The notes beneath the pieces were generated by a model that did not search any database, was not told the origin of the DNA, and saw only the letters and a list, made by a program, of their open reading frames with translations. Shown in pieces: positions 1-11,500 of a stretch of DNA of 64,000 nucleotides (position 1 is the stretch's first letter; every line of letters starts with the position of its first letter). Made by a program: the position numbers and the translations under genes. The DNA is from Clostridia bacterium (GTDB lineage Bacteria; Bacillota; Clostridia; Christensenellales; UBA1242). The stretch lies in the NCBI GenBank assembly GCA_016297845.1, contig JAEDFV010000001.1, forward strand, positions 80 to 64,079. The letters run 5' to 3'.

Positions 1-5
1 TGCAC

Positions 6-81
6 TGGTCGGGGTGAAGAGACTCGAACTCCCGGCCCCATGGTCCCAAACCACGTGCGCTACCAACTGCGCTACACCCCG
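6..81 (-). tRNA. tRNA-Pro(TGG)
   Basis: Minus strand CGGGGTG...GTGG-TTTGGGA-CCAT...TTCGAGT...CACCCCG-ACCA; 7-bp acceptor stem pairs fully, anticodon loop TTTGGGA, CCA encoded. Confidence 0.95.
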
Positions 82-151
82 TTACATAACAGCAAGTGTA
101 TGATACACTATTTTTTAATTTGTGTCAACAATTTTTCATAAAAATTTCATG

Positions 152-1366
152 TTATTTTTCTTCAATCAAATCCAAAGCAAGAAGTTTAATCTGCTCATAA
201 GTTAACCCGCCCTGGAAATATGCAATATATGGGGGTTTAACAGGACCATCACAAGAAAGTTCAATGGAAGCGCCTGAAACAAAAGTTCCCGCCGCCATTA
301 TAACAGGGTCAGTATAACCAGGCATGTCCCAAGGCATTGGAACAACATGGCTGTCAATTGGAGAAAATTTTTGAATTTTTTGAACAAAAGACACCATTTC
401 ATCTGCGGAGTTTAGTTTAATAGATTTTATTATATCTCCTGCATTTTCGTCAGATGATGGCATGATTTCTGCGCCTTTTGACTTCATAACTTCGCCAATT
501 AAGTAGCAACCTTTTATTGCTTCTTTAACAACATGTGGAGCCAAGAAAAAGCCTTGGAAGAACTCACGATATCCGCGTTCATATGAACCAACTTCGGTTT
601 TTAAAGATGGAGATGTAAGACGCGTTGAAACAAGGTCAATTGCCTTTTCTGACCCAGCCAAATATGCACCAGTTGAAGCAAGTCCACCACCTGGGTTTTT
701 AATAAGCGAACCAACAATTAAATCTGCTCCAACATCTGTTGGTTCAAGTTTTTCAACAAATTCCCCATAACAATTGTCAACAACAACAAAACTGTTTGGG
801 CTTTCTCTTTTTGATATTTGGACAATTTTTTCTATCTCAGAAATTGAAAGTGCATTTCTCCACGCATATCCCCTTGAACGTTGAAGATAAACCATTTTAG
901 GTTTCAAATTCTTAATTTGCTTTTCAATTTCTTCATAATTTAATCTTCCATCTTGAAAGTCAATTTGTTTAAAATGAACACCAAAATCTTTCAAACTTCC
1001 TGTGTCTTCATCTGTTCCAAAAATTGTTTCATCAAGTGTGTCATATGGTTTACCAGTTACAGACAACATTATATCACCAGGTCTTAAAATGCCAAATAAA
1101 GCAATAGTAAGTGCATGCGAACCACAAGTTATGTTTGGAGAAACGATTGCTTTTTCAGCACCGAATGTTTTTGCAAAAACTCTTCCAAGAACCTCACGCC
1201 CTTGGTCATCATAACCATAGCCACTTGTACCGTAAAAATGATTTACGCTAACTTTGTTTTCTTGAAAAGCTTTCAAAACTTTTTTTTGATTGTATAAAGC
1301 AATTTCATCAAGTCTTTCAAACATTGTTTCAAGTTTTTTTTCATATTGTTTTATATCAGCATTCAT
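152..1366 (-). CDS. PLP-dependent methionine gamma-lyase family / aluminium resistance protein
   Basis: 404 aa ORF; HFYGTSGYGYDDQGREVLGRVFAKTFGAE, ITCGSHALTIALFGILRPGD, VDNCYGEFVE..PTDVGADLIVGSLIKNPGGGLA motifs typical of the family. Confidence 0.9.
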   Translation of the reverse strand: MNADIKQYEKKLETMFERLDEIALYNQKKVLKAFQENKVSVNHFYGTSGYGYDDQGREVLGRVFAKTFGAEKAIVSPNITCGSHALTIALFGILRPGDIMLSVTGKPYDTLDETIFGTDEDTGSLKDFGVHFKQIDFQDGRLNYEEIEKQIKNLKPKMVYLQRSRGYAWRNALSISEIEKIVQISKRESPNSFVVVDNCYGEFVEKLEPTDVGADLIVGSLIKNPGGGLASTGAYLAGSEKAIDLVSTRLTSPSLKTEVGSYERGYREFFQGFFLAPHVVKEAIKGCYLIGEVMKSKGAEIMPSSDENAGDIIKSIKLNSADEMVSFVQKIQKFSPIDSHVVPMPWDMPGYTDPVIMAAGTFVSGASIELSCDGPVKPPYIAYFQGGLTYEQIKLLALDLIEEK

Positions 1367-2246
1367 TTAACACCTCTAAAATTTTTTGCGTTGCACAACT
1401 TGCATCTACCCAAATTAAGTCTTTCATACCTCTCATGAAAGTAAGTTGTCTCTTTGCATAATTTCTTGTTTTTCGTTTTATAAGTTCTTTTATTTCATCA
1501 ACTGAATTTCCATTTTCTAAGCCTGAAATAACTTCCTTATAACCAATTCCTTGCATGCTTTGTGCATCTTTTTTTACGCCACTATCCATGAGTTTTTTAA
1601 CTTCTTCAATGAGACCATCATTAAACATTTTTTCTGTTCTTTTGTTTATGTTGTCGTAAATTTTTTCTCGCTCTGCACTAAGTCCAAAAATTATATATTG
1701 ATAATTATCTTCTTTTTCATTTACAATTTCTTTTTTGTTTTCTTCAATTTCAAGTGCTCTTATAACCCGTTTTGTGTCATTTTTTTCTATCTTTTCAGCA
1801 CGACTAGGATTTTTTTCTTTTAAGAGATTGTATAAAAAATCTTTTCCTTTTTCTTTCAAAACAATTTCATATTTCTTTCTGATTTCGTCGCTCTTTCCCG
1901 CATTTCCAAAATCAAAATTATTTTTCAATGCATTTATATATAGTCCAGTTCCACCAACAATTATTGGAACTTTTTTCCTTGAAATAATATCCTTTATTTT
2001 CTCTCTTGCCAAAACGACATAATCTCCAACACTAAATTGGTCACTAGGTTCAATTATATCAATCAAATGATGCTTGATTCCGTCCATTTCATCACAACTG
2101 ATTTTAGCAGTTCCAACATCAAGTCCCTTGTATATTTGCATACTGTCGCATGAAATAATTTCACCGTTTAATTCTTTTGCCAAATTAACTGCGGTTTTAG
2201 ATTTTCCTATTCCTGTTGGACCAAAAATTACAATTACTTTTTCCAT
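1356..2246 (-). CDS. miaA: tRNA dimethylallyltransferase
   Basis: VIFGPTGIGKSKTAVNLAKELNGEIISCDSMQIYKGLDVGTAK, MQGIGYKEV; ends in TGA, overlapping the next start. Confidence 0.95.
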   Translation of the reverse strand: MEKVIVIFGPTGIGKSKTAVNLAKELNGEIISCDSMQIYKGLDVGTAKISCDEMDGIKHHLIDIIEPSDQFSVGDYVVLAREKIKDIISRKKVPIIVGGTGLYINALKNNFDFGNAGKSDEIRKKYEIVLKEKGKDFLYNLLKEKNPSRAEKIEKNDTKRVIRALEIEENKKEIVNEKEDNYQYIIFGLSAEREKIYDNINKRTEKMFNDGLIEEVKKLMDSGVKKDAQSMQGIGYKEVISGLENGNSVDEIKELIKRKTRNYAKRQLTFMRGMKDLIWVDASCATQKILEVLNEC

Positions 2247-2248
2247 AT

Positions 2249-4099
2249 TTAAACAATTCTTTTAAACCATTTTTCAATTTCTGTTTTTGAAAATTGAAGG
2301 ACAATTGGTCTGCCATGTGGACAAAGAAGTACATTTCCATTTTCCTTAAAGGAATCTAATAGAAAATTTATTTCACTGTCAGAAAGTTTGTCCCCTGCTT
2401 TAATTGCTGACCTGCAAGCTTGTTTTGCAATTTTTTCTTTAAAGAAATCAACAAATTTTTTTTGAACTTCGTTTATGTCAGACAAAATGTTTTCAAAAAA
2501 ATCTTTCAAATTTATTTCACTTAGCAAAACAGGAACAGCAGAAATCTTGAAAGAATTTTCGCCAAATTCAGATATATCAATTCCATATTCTCGGAAAAGT
2601 TCCAAATTATTTTCTAAAAATTCCGTTTCCTTCAAATTTGTATTAAATACATAAGGGAAAAGCAAATCTTGACAAGCGAGATTGTTTCCTTTTATTTGTT
2701 TTGTAAACTTATCATAAAGTTGTCTTTCATGCCCTGCGTGTTGGTCAATAATTAATAATGAATCACCTTTTTCGCAAAGTATATATGTGTTAAACAAAAC
2801 ACCAATAATATGATAATCTTCAAACAAAATTTTGTTTTTGTTTTCAACGATTTCTCTGTTTAAACTTTCAACTTTCGTATCATTTGCTGGAACAATAACT
2901 TCTTCTAGTTTTATTTGTGAAATCTCAACCTTGGATTTTTCATTGTTTTCTTTTATTTTTTCATTCAAAATATCAACCAGAGGACTATATTCACTTTTGA
3001 AACAATTTTTTTCTTTTTGTCCGTTCATGATTGTTTCAAGCAAACTTTTTGTGTCAAAAACTGGTTCTCTTACACTGTTCTCTTTTTGTATTTCTGCAGT
3101 TTTGTCTTGCACATAATTTGCTTCAGAAACAGCTTTAAATATTGCAGTGTTAACAATGCCATATATCCTATTCGGATTTTCAAATTTAACTTCCTGTTTT
3201 GAAGGATGAACATTAACATCAACACTTTCAAATGGCAAATTAATATTAAGAGCAAACAGAGGAAATTTTCCTTTCATTATGTAGTTTTCAACTGCATCTT
3301 GTACAGCAGATGAAATCATATAATTTGAAACAACTCTCCCATTTACAAAGATAGTTTGATATGTTCTGTTTGCTTTGCAAAGCGTAGGACGAGCAATAAA
3401 TCCATAAACTGAGACATCATTACTATCATATTTTACTTCCAAAAGGTTATCATAAACTTCTTTTCCATATATTATATACATTGCCTCTGCAAGACCATTT
3501 CCAAACGTGTTGTAAATAATTTTATCATCAACAATATATCGAAAAGAAATTTGAGGATTTGCTAAGATAAATTTAGCCATTAAATTAGTTATTTCACCTT
3601 CTTCGGATTTTGGTTTTTTCAAAAACTTTAATCGAGCAGGAGTGTTAAAAAACAAATCTGAAACAATAATTTTAGTCCCGTTGTCAAAACCAATTTCTTT
3701 CTTATTGCCGTATTTCCCACCTTCAATTTTAAGATTCATTCCAAATTCGTTATTTTCAGTTTTTGAAATCAATTCAACTCGACTCACTGATGCTATGCTG
3801 GCAAGTGCTTCTCCGCGAAAACCGAGAGAGGAAATTGTTTCAAGGTCTTTTGCATCTTTTATTTTGCTTGTCGCATGTGGCAAAAACGCACTCTCAATAT
3901 CTTCTGGTTCAATTCCACAACCATTGTCAGTTACCACTATTTTCTTTATTCCACCATCAAAAACTTCAACGGTTATTTTTGTTGCCCCGCCATCTATACT
4001 GTTTTCAACAAGTTCTTTAACCACACTTGCTGGTCTTTCAACAACTTCACCAGCAGAAATTTTATTGTAAATTTCACTTGGCAAAACATTAATTTTCAT
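2249..4099 (-). CDS. mutL: DNA mismatch repair endonuclease MutL
   Basis: [52 protein letters not shown]. Confidence 0.97.
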   Translation of the reverse strand: [616 protein letters not shown]

Positions 4100-4106
4100 T
4101 TCTTCC

Positions 4107-6695
4107 TCACTTAACTTTTTCTATTAAATCGTTTAATATCTCAAAAGCATGCACTGGCGAAACAGAATTTATATCTATATCTTTTAACATATCAATAATT
4201 TCTTTACTTTTTTCATCATACGAATCGTTTTGATTCGTTTCTTTTATTTTATTGTTTATATCCGCCAATTCCAAACTCTTGCTAATTTCTTTTGCTCTTT
4301 CAATAACTTGACAAGGAAGCCCAGCAAGTTTTGCAACAGCAATTCCAAAGCTTTTGTTTGCTCCGCCACGCGCAATTTTTCTCAAGAAAATCACTTCATC
4401 ATTAAATTCTTTTACAGTTATTCTATAGTTCTTAACACCTGGAAGAACATTTTCAAGTTCTGTAAGTTCATGATAATGTGTAGAAAAGAGCGTCTTCATT
4501 TTCATGTTCTTGCTTATATGTTCCATGACTGCCCACGCAATGCTAAGCCCATCAAAAGTTGAAGTCCCTCGCCCAATTTCGTCAAGAAGTGCAAGACTTC
4601 GTTCTGTTGCGTTCTTTAAAATATTTGCAACTTCAACCATTTCAACCATGAATGTTGATTGTCCAAAAGCAACATCATCACTCGCACCAATTCGTGTGAA
4701 TATTTTGTCTGTTATAGAAATTTCTGCAGATTTTGCTGGAACAAATAATCCAACATGAGCCATGAGCACAATGAGTGCAACTTGACGCATATAGGTGCTT
4801 TTCCCAGCCATATTAGGCCCAGTTATAATCATTGCTCTGTCAGTATCACAATCCAAATATGTATCATTAGCAACAAATGTTTCGTTTCGATTTATTTCTT
4901 CAACAACTGGGTGTCTTCCAGCTTCAATCTTAATATGATTGATTTTTTTACTTATTATAGGTTTGCAATAGTTATTCTTGACAGCAAGAATTGAGCCACT
5001 TAATAAACAATCAAGTTCAGCCAAAATTTTAGACACATTTTGAATTCTCTTTATATTATCTAAAAGAAATTCACGAATTTTCCCAAAAAGTTCAATTTCA
5101 AGTTTTTGAGCATTTTCTTTTGCATTTTCAACTTTTTCTTCAATCATTTTGAGTTCTTCTGTTATATATCTCTCATTGTTTGCAACAGTTTGTTTTCGTT
5201 GATATCTGTATGGAACCATTCCAGAGAGAGATTTATTAACTTCAATAAAAAACCCAAAAACTTTGTTATATGACACTCTTAAATTTTTTATGCCAGTCAA
5301 TTCTCTTTCTTTTGCTTCAAGTTCAGATAGCCATGACGTTGCCATTTCTTTCGCATTTTTATAGTCGTCAAGTTCTTTACTATACCCTGCTTTAATTACA
5401 TCTCCGTCACGAACTAATGCTGGAGCGTCTTCAGAAATTGTTTTTTCCAAAAGGTCATGGATATCATTTAATTCATCAAAGTTTTTTCCAAAGCCTTTCA
5501 ATTTCTTGCAATTAAAATTTTCCAAAAGTTTGTGTAAACTTGGAAGCTGTGAAGCAGTTGTTTTAAGAGATAAAGCATCTTTTGGATTAAAGTTTCCATA
5601 TGCAATTCGCCCAGCAATTCGTTCAATATCAGAAATGTTTTGTAATAGTTTTTTCATTTCTTCACGAACAATCATATTTTTTGTTATCTCTTCAACTGCA
5701 TCAAGTCTGTCATTAATTTCTATCTCATTTTGTAAAGGACTTGATAACCAATTTCGAAGAAGTCTTCCACCCATACACGTTGAAGTGTGGTCAATGACAG
5801 AAAGAAGCGAGCCACGTTTTTTATGGTCTCGAATTGTTTCTGTAATCTCCAAATTGCGTCTTGTCGCATTGTCAATCTGAAGAAAATTATTTGGAGATAA
5901 AACCCTAATTTCGTTGATTTGTTCCAATCCTCTTTTTTGAGTTTCTTTCATATAAGAAACGAGAGCTCCTCCAGCAACAACACCAACACTTAAATATGAA
6001 ATGTCACTTTCATTATAATTTTCTTTGAACTGTCCTTTCAAAAGTTGTTTTGCTCTTATTTCGTCAATTTGATTGTCATCAAACTTTCCAATGTAACTTA
6101 CATTTCTTGCTTTAAGAAATGTCAAATTGCCAATTTGTTGCAATCCATTTTCGTTACAAAAAATTTCCGATGGCAAAATACTTGTTAATATAGAATCCAA
6201 AGTTTCAAGCGCTTTGTTTTTTTCTCCTTCAATCTCTTGAATATTAAACTCGCCAGTCGACACATCGCAACACGCAATTCCTATCTTGAATTCGTCTGAA
6301 CCATTAATATCCAAACAGACAATATAGTTATTTTTCAGTTTGTCAAGCATTGTTTCGTCCATTAAAATACCAGGCGTAACAACACGAACAACATCACGTT
6401 TTACAAGTTGTCCTTTCTTTGGCTCAGTAAGTTGTTCACATATTGCAACTTTGTAACCATTTTCAACAAGTTTTGCCAAATATTGGTCAACTGCATGGAA
6501 AGGGACTCCGCACATTGGAGCTCTTTGTTCAAGTCCACAACTTTTGCCCGTTAATGTCAAATCCAAAACTTTTGATGCTTCAACTGCATCTTCAAAAAAC
6601 ATTTCATAAAAATCGCCTAATCTATAAAAGATTATGCAATCTGGATATTTTTCTTTAATTTCAAGATAATGTTTCATCATTTCAGTTAGCGCCAT
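4107..6695 (-). CDS. mutS: DNA mismatch repair protein MutS
   Basis: FYRLGDFYEMFFEDA, ITGPNMAGKSTYMRQVALI, LLDEIGRGTSTFDGLSIAWA. Confidence 0.98.
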   Translation of the reverse strand: MALTEMMKHYLEIKEKYPDCIIFYRLGDFYEMFFEDAVEASKVLDLTLTGKSCGLEQRAPMCGVPFHAVDQYLAKLVENGYKVAICEQLTEPKKGQLVKRDVVRVVTPGILMDETMLDKLKNNYIVCLDINGSDEFKIGIACCDVSTGEFNIQEIEGEKNKALETLDSILTSILPSEIFCNENGLQQIGNLTFLKARNVSYIGKFDDNQIDEIRAKQLLKGQFKENYNESDISYLSVGVVAGGALVSYMKETQKRGLEQINEIRVLSPNNFLQIDNATRRNLEITETIRDHKKRGSLLSVIDHTSTCMGGRLLRNWLSSPLQNEIEINDRLDAVEEITKNMIVREEMKKLLQNISDIERIAGRIAYGNFNPKDALSLKTTASQLPSLHKLLENFNCKKLKGFGKNFDELNDIHDLLEKTISEDAPALVRDGDVIKAGYSKELDDYKNAKEMATSWLSELEAKERELTGIKNLRVSYNKVFGFFIEVNKSLSGMVPYRYQRKQTVANNERYITEELKMIEEKVENAKENAQKLEIELFGKIREFLLDNIKRIQNVSKILAELDCLLSGSILAVKNNYCKPIISKKINHIKIEAGRHPVVEEINRNETFVANDTYLDCDTDRAMIITGPNMAGKSTYMRQVALIVLMAHVGLFVPAKSAEISITDKIFTRIGASDDVAFGQSTFMVEMVEVANILKNATERSLALLDEIGRGTSTFDGLSIAWAVMEHISKNMKMKTLFSTHYHELTELENVLPGVKNYRITVKEFNDEVIFLRKIARGGANKSFGIAVAKLAGLPCQVIERAKEISKSLELADINNKIKETNQNDSYDEKSKEIIDMLKDIDINSVSPVHAFEILNDLIEKVK

Positions 6696-6781
6696 GATTT
6701 TCTCCTATGTACCTTAGTGATTTTATCATAAAACAAAAAGTTTTCAAAAAAAACAAAGCATATTGCTTTGTATTTTCATAA

Positions 6782-7243
6782 TTAGATTTCTCTATCCATT
6801 TTGTCAACTCTAAGTTTAGTTGCAACTACAACTTTATCCATGTTTTCATCAAGTTTTTTTCTTTTAAGCACTGCTTTTGTTTCAAAAATCAATTTTTTGA
6901 TAGGACTAAAAACATATTCGTTAACAAAAGCTGTTCCAATTGTGCCAACACTTAAAACACTTTTTTGAATTTCAGGAGCAACTTGAGAATCTCCTATTGT
7001 CATTGCAAGTCCAGCAACAAAAGTGCCAACAGCAACAACACCTGCTGTAAGAATTGCACCCATCTTCAACTTTTTGTCGTTTTGAATGTCGCTTTCCAAA
7101 AATGAACATGGATATTGATATTTTTCAACATCTTCTTTAATTTTTGTGTTTTCACGTTCTAAGTCTGCAATTTTGCTGTTAATTTCTTTCGTTGACAATT
7201 TTTCAAATTCTTTTTTTAACATTTCTCTTTTTTTCGTATACAT
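6782..7243 (-). CDS. Small protein with coiled coil and two hydrophobic segments, function unknown
   Basis: 153 aa ORF preceded by GGAGAG ribosome-binding site and a promoter. Confidence 0.7.
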   Translation of the reverse strand: MYTKKREMLKKEFEKLSTKEINSKIADLERENTKIKEDVEKYQYPCSFLESDIQNDKKLKMGAILTAGVVAVGTFVAGLAMTIGDSQVAPEIQKSVLSVGTIGTAFVNEYVFSPIKKLIFETKAVLKRKKLDENMDKVVVATKLRVDKMDREI

Positions 7244-7274
7244 AATTCACTCTCCATAAATAATAGCAGTAATA

Positions 7275-7303
7275 TTTATATATGAAGAAAGAGGAAAAGT
7301 CAA
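7275..7303 (-). promoter_or_regulatory. Sigma-A type promoter TTGACT-17-TATAAA
   Basis: Minus strand TTGACT (7298-7303), 17-nt spacer, TATAAA (7275-7280), upstream of the CDS starting at 7243. Confidence 0.7.
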
Positions 7304-7306
7304 TAC

Positions 7307-8449
7307 TTATTTTTTCATTTTTTTTTGAATTTCGAAAATTTTGTTAACTCTGTAATTCTTTGTTTCCAAAGGAATTTGGTCGTCCATCTTTTCTGCAACT
7401 GTTCCGTGTCTTGGAGAATACATAAAAGCAAAAATGCCGTCATATTTAACTTTTTTTATAAGGTCACATGTTGCCAAAAAATCCTCTTCTGTTTCCCCAG
7501 GAAATCCAACAATTAAATCAGTGGTTAGTCGAATGTTCGGAACAAGTTTTCTGATTTTTTCTACTTTCTCCAAATAGTTTTCAACTGTATATTTTCTATT
7601 CATTAGATGTAAAATTTTGTTTGAACCAGATTGAACTGGAAGATGCAACTCTTTTGCAATTTTTTCTTCGTTTGCAATCTCATTAATTACTTCATCATTT
7701 ATGTCTTTTGGGTGTGATGTCATAAATGCAAGCTCAAAATTTCCTTCAAGTTTGCATATATCTTTTAAAAGATTAGCAAATGTATAATCGGTATATTTAT
7801 CTTTTCCATATGAATTTACGTTTTGTCCAAGTAATGTAATTCTAATTTTTTCAACGGAATTTTCATTTTCTTTTAAAATATCTCTTATTTCATCTAATAT
7901 ATTTTCTTTATCTCTGCTTCTTTCACGTCCACGAACATAAGGAACAATACAGTATGAGCAGAAATTATTGCACCCATAAATTATATTAACCCAAAAATTT
8001 TTTCCACTTGTTCTTGCAATTGGAAGATTTTCAATTATGTAATCGTTTTCTTCAATTTCATTAATTCTTTTCTTTTTGTTATCTTGCCTGCATTTCAAAA
8101 TATCTTTTATGAAATTTTCAAATTTTTCAAGATTTTTTGTTCCAAAAATTATATCAATAAAAGGAAATGTTTTATATAGTTTTTCACTTTCTTCCTTTTG
8201 TTGAGTCATGCAACCACATACTGCAATTATCTTTTCAGGATGTTCTCGTTTAAGTTTTTTAAGTGCCCCAATGTTTCCAATTGCTCTGTCTTCTGCACCT
8301 TCGCGAATTGCACAAGTGTTAAACACAATTATGTCTGCGTCTTCAATTTTTTCGCATGGAAAAGCACCGAGGTTTTCCAAAGCCCCAGCAAGTTTTTCAG
8401 ATTCGTGGACATTCATTTGACATCCAAAAGTAGTAATAAAATATTTCAT
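7307..8449 (-). CDS. miaB: tRNA-2-methylthio-N6-dimethylallyladenosine synthase, lacking a C-terminal TRAM domain
   Basis: MKYFITTFGCQMNVHESEKLAG, YGCNNFCSYCIVPYVRGRERSR, DLIVGFPGETEEDF; true start probably M17 of the listed ORF; ends at ..KIFEIQKKMKK. Confidence 0.9.
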   Translation of the reverse strand: MKYFITTFGCQMNVHESEKLAGALENLGAFPCEKIEDADIIVFNTCAIREGAEDRAIGNIGALKKLKREHPEKIIAVCGCMTQQKEESEKLYKTFPFIDIIFGTKNLEKFENFIKDILKCRQDNKKKRINEIEENDYIIENLPIARTSGKNFWVNIIYGCNNFCSYCIVPYVRGRERSRDKENILDEIRDILKENENSVEKIRITLLGQNVNSYGKDKYTDYTFANLLKDICKLEGNFELAFMTSHPKDINDEVINEIANEEKIAKELHLPVQSGSNKILHLMNRKYTVENYLEKVEKIRKLVPNIRLTTDLIVGFPGETEEDFLATCDLIKKVKYDGIFAFMYSPRHGTVAEKMDDQIPLETKNYRVNKIFEIQKKMKK

Positions 8450-8489
8450 AGTTTGGATTATACATTCTTTTGTCGAAAAAAACAAGAAG

Positions 8490-8530
8490 AACAACAAAAA
8501 AACACACTGAAAATTTCAATGTGTTTTTCT
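8490..8530 (-). terminator. Terminator downstream of rpoC
   Basis: Minus strand AAACACATTGAAATTTTCAGTGTGTTTTTTTG hairpin plus T-tract immediately after the rpoC stop. Confidence 0.65.
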
Positions 8531-8532
8531 TA

Positions 8533-11500
8533 TTAATCATTTGCTTCAACAGGCATTGCATTTCTGTATGTTTTAAGTCCTGTTCCAGCAGGAATAAGTT
8601 TTCCAATGATAACATTTTCTTTAAGTCCACGAAGTTTGTCAACTTTGCTCTTAAGAGCGGCATCAGTAAGAACTCTTGATGTTTCTTGGAATGAAGCAGC
8701 AGATAAGAATGATTCAGTTGAAAGAGCAGCCTTTGTGATTCCCAGAAGCATACGTTTTGCTGTTGCAGGAACTCCTCCTTCACTGAGAGCCTTCATATTC
8801 TCTTCTTCATATTTATAAACGTCAACAACCTCGCCAGGAAGAAGATTTGTTGTTCCAGCATCTTCAATTTTAACCTTTTTGAGCATTTGTCTTACGATTA
8901 CTTCGATGTGTTTATCATTAATTTTAACTTCTTGAGAACGATAAACTGAAATAACTTCTGAAACAAGATAGTCTTGAACACCCTTAAGTCCTTTTGTTCT
9001 GAGAAGGTCTGTTGGATTAATTGAGCCTTCCATAAGAGCATCACCTGCTTCAACTTTATCCCCGTTTTTAACTTTAAGATATGCAGGTTTTTTAATTTCA
9101 TAATCCGCTTCTGTCTCAGAATTTCTAACGTTGATAAGGAATGATTTTGGTTCTTCCTTGATGGAAACAGTTCCAGAGATTTCGGTAATTTGAGCTTCAC
9201 CTTTAGGTTTTCTAGCTTCAAAAATTTCTTCAACACGAGGAAGACCTTTTGTGATATCTGAAGCAGCGATAGCACCAGAGAAGTGCTTGTTGTTCATGGT
9301 GAGCTGTGTACCAGGTTCACCAATTGATTGAGCAGCAATAATTCCAACTGCTTCACCAATGTTAACCTTGTCTTTTCCAGCCATATTTCGACCGTAACAT
9401 TTTGCACAAACACCATGCTTACATTTACATGTTAAGAGAGACCTTATCGTTACTTCTTTTATTCCAGCATCAGCAATTTCTTTTGCCTTTTCTTCTGAAA
9501 TCATTGTGTTTTCTGGAACAATAACTTCTTTTGTAACAGGATTAATAACTGCATCAACTGTGAATCTTCCAGCAATTCTATCTTCAATTGGTTCGATAAC
9601 AACGCCATCTGAAATAATAGGTGTAACCTTTATTCCTTTAACTTTTTCGCCTGCACTTTCGAAACAGTCATCTTCTGTAACAACAACGTTATGTGAAATA
9701 TCAACAAGTCTTCTTGTTAAATAACCTGAATCGGCTGTTTTCAAAGCTGTATCAGTCAAACCTTTACGTCCACCACGAGATGAAAGGAAATATTCGATTG
9801 GAGTTAAACCATCACGAAGGTTAGAACGAACTGGAACATCAACTTTTTGTCCAGATGCACCAGACATAATACCTCTCATACCACAAATACTGTTAACTTG
9901 AACGTTCGAACCACGAGCGCCAGAGACAGCCATCATTTTAAGTGGATTGAAGTCACTGAGTTGTGAAATCAAAGCATCTTGAACTTTCTTAGTTGCGTCT
10001 GTCCAAATTCCAATATTTGCATTGATTTTTTCATCTTCTGTAATAAGACCTCTTGCAAGGAATTTGTCATTTTCCAAAACTTTTTTGTTTGCTTCTTCAA
10101 TAATTTCATCTTTTTCTCTTGGAACAATCATATCATAAACGTTAATTGTCATACAGCCAAGAGTAGAATATTTAAATCCAGTTGCTTTAATATTATCAAC
10201 CATTTTTGAAGTTTCAGTTGTGCCAAGGTTTCTGAATGCCATGTCAAGAATTTTACTTAATTCGCCTTTCTTAACAACTTGGTTTACTTCAAGAGCATTG
10301 TAATTTTCACGTTTTGTTCTGTCTATCCACCCAAGGTTTTGTGGAATTGCCATATTGAATATAATTCTACCAACAGTTGTAGTAATTCTATCTGTATATT
10401 TAATTCCATCAACTTCCGTTGACCTTCTAACTTGAATTTGTGCTTGGATATCAAGATTTCCTGTTTGATATGCCATGATTGCTTCATTGCATGAAGAGAA
10501 AATATTATTCTCGCCTTTAGCGCCTGGGCGGATAACTGTCAAATAATAGCAACCAAGAACAATATCTTGCGCTGGGCTACAAATTGGTTTTCCGTCTGAA
10601 GGTTTCAAAATGTTGTTAGATGCCAACATAAGTGTTCTTGCTTCTGTTCTAGCATCAATTGAAAGAGGAACGTGAACAGCCATTTGGTCACCATCGAAAT
10701 CGGCGTTAAATCCAGGACAAACAGATGGGTGAAGTTTAATTGCTCTGCCCTCAACCAAAACTGGCTCAAAAGCTTGAATACCAAGTCTATGAAGTGTTGG
10801 CGCACGATTCAATAAGATTGGGTGATCCTTAATAACTTCATCAAGAACGTCCCAAACAACAGGTTTTTCACGTTCAATCAAACGTTTAGCGCTCTTAATA
10901 TTGTTTGACTGATTCAATTCAACCAAACGTTTAATAATAAATGGTTTGAAAAGTTCAAGGGCCATTTCTTTTGGAAGACCACATTGATACATTTTAAGTT
11001 CAGGTCCAACAACAATAACTGAACGACCTGAATAGTCAACACGTTTTCCAAGCAAGTTTTGACGGAAACGTCCTTGTTTTCCGGTTAACATCGCAGTCAA
11101 AGATTTCAAATCTCTTGCTTTCGCGCCTTGAACAGCTTTTCCGCGTTTTCCGTTTTCAATTAATGCATCAACCGCTTCTTGAAGCATACGTTTTTCGTTT
11201 CTTACAATGACCTCTGGAGCACCAAGTTCCAAAAGTTTTTTAAGACGGTTGTTTCTGTTAATAACTCTTCTATATAAATCGTTTAAGTCAGTTGTTGCAA
11301 AACGTCCACCATCAAGTTGAACCATTGGACGTAGTTCAGGTGGAAGAACAGGTATAACGTCAAGCACCATCCACTCAGGTTTGTTTCCGCTCTTCAAGAA
11401 CGAATCAACTATTTCAAGTTTCTTAATTGCTTTTAATCTCTTTTGTCCTTTTGCAGTTTTCAAAATTTCTTTAAGTTCTTTTTCCTCTTTTTCAAGGTCA

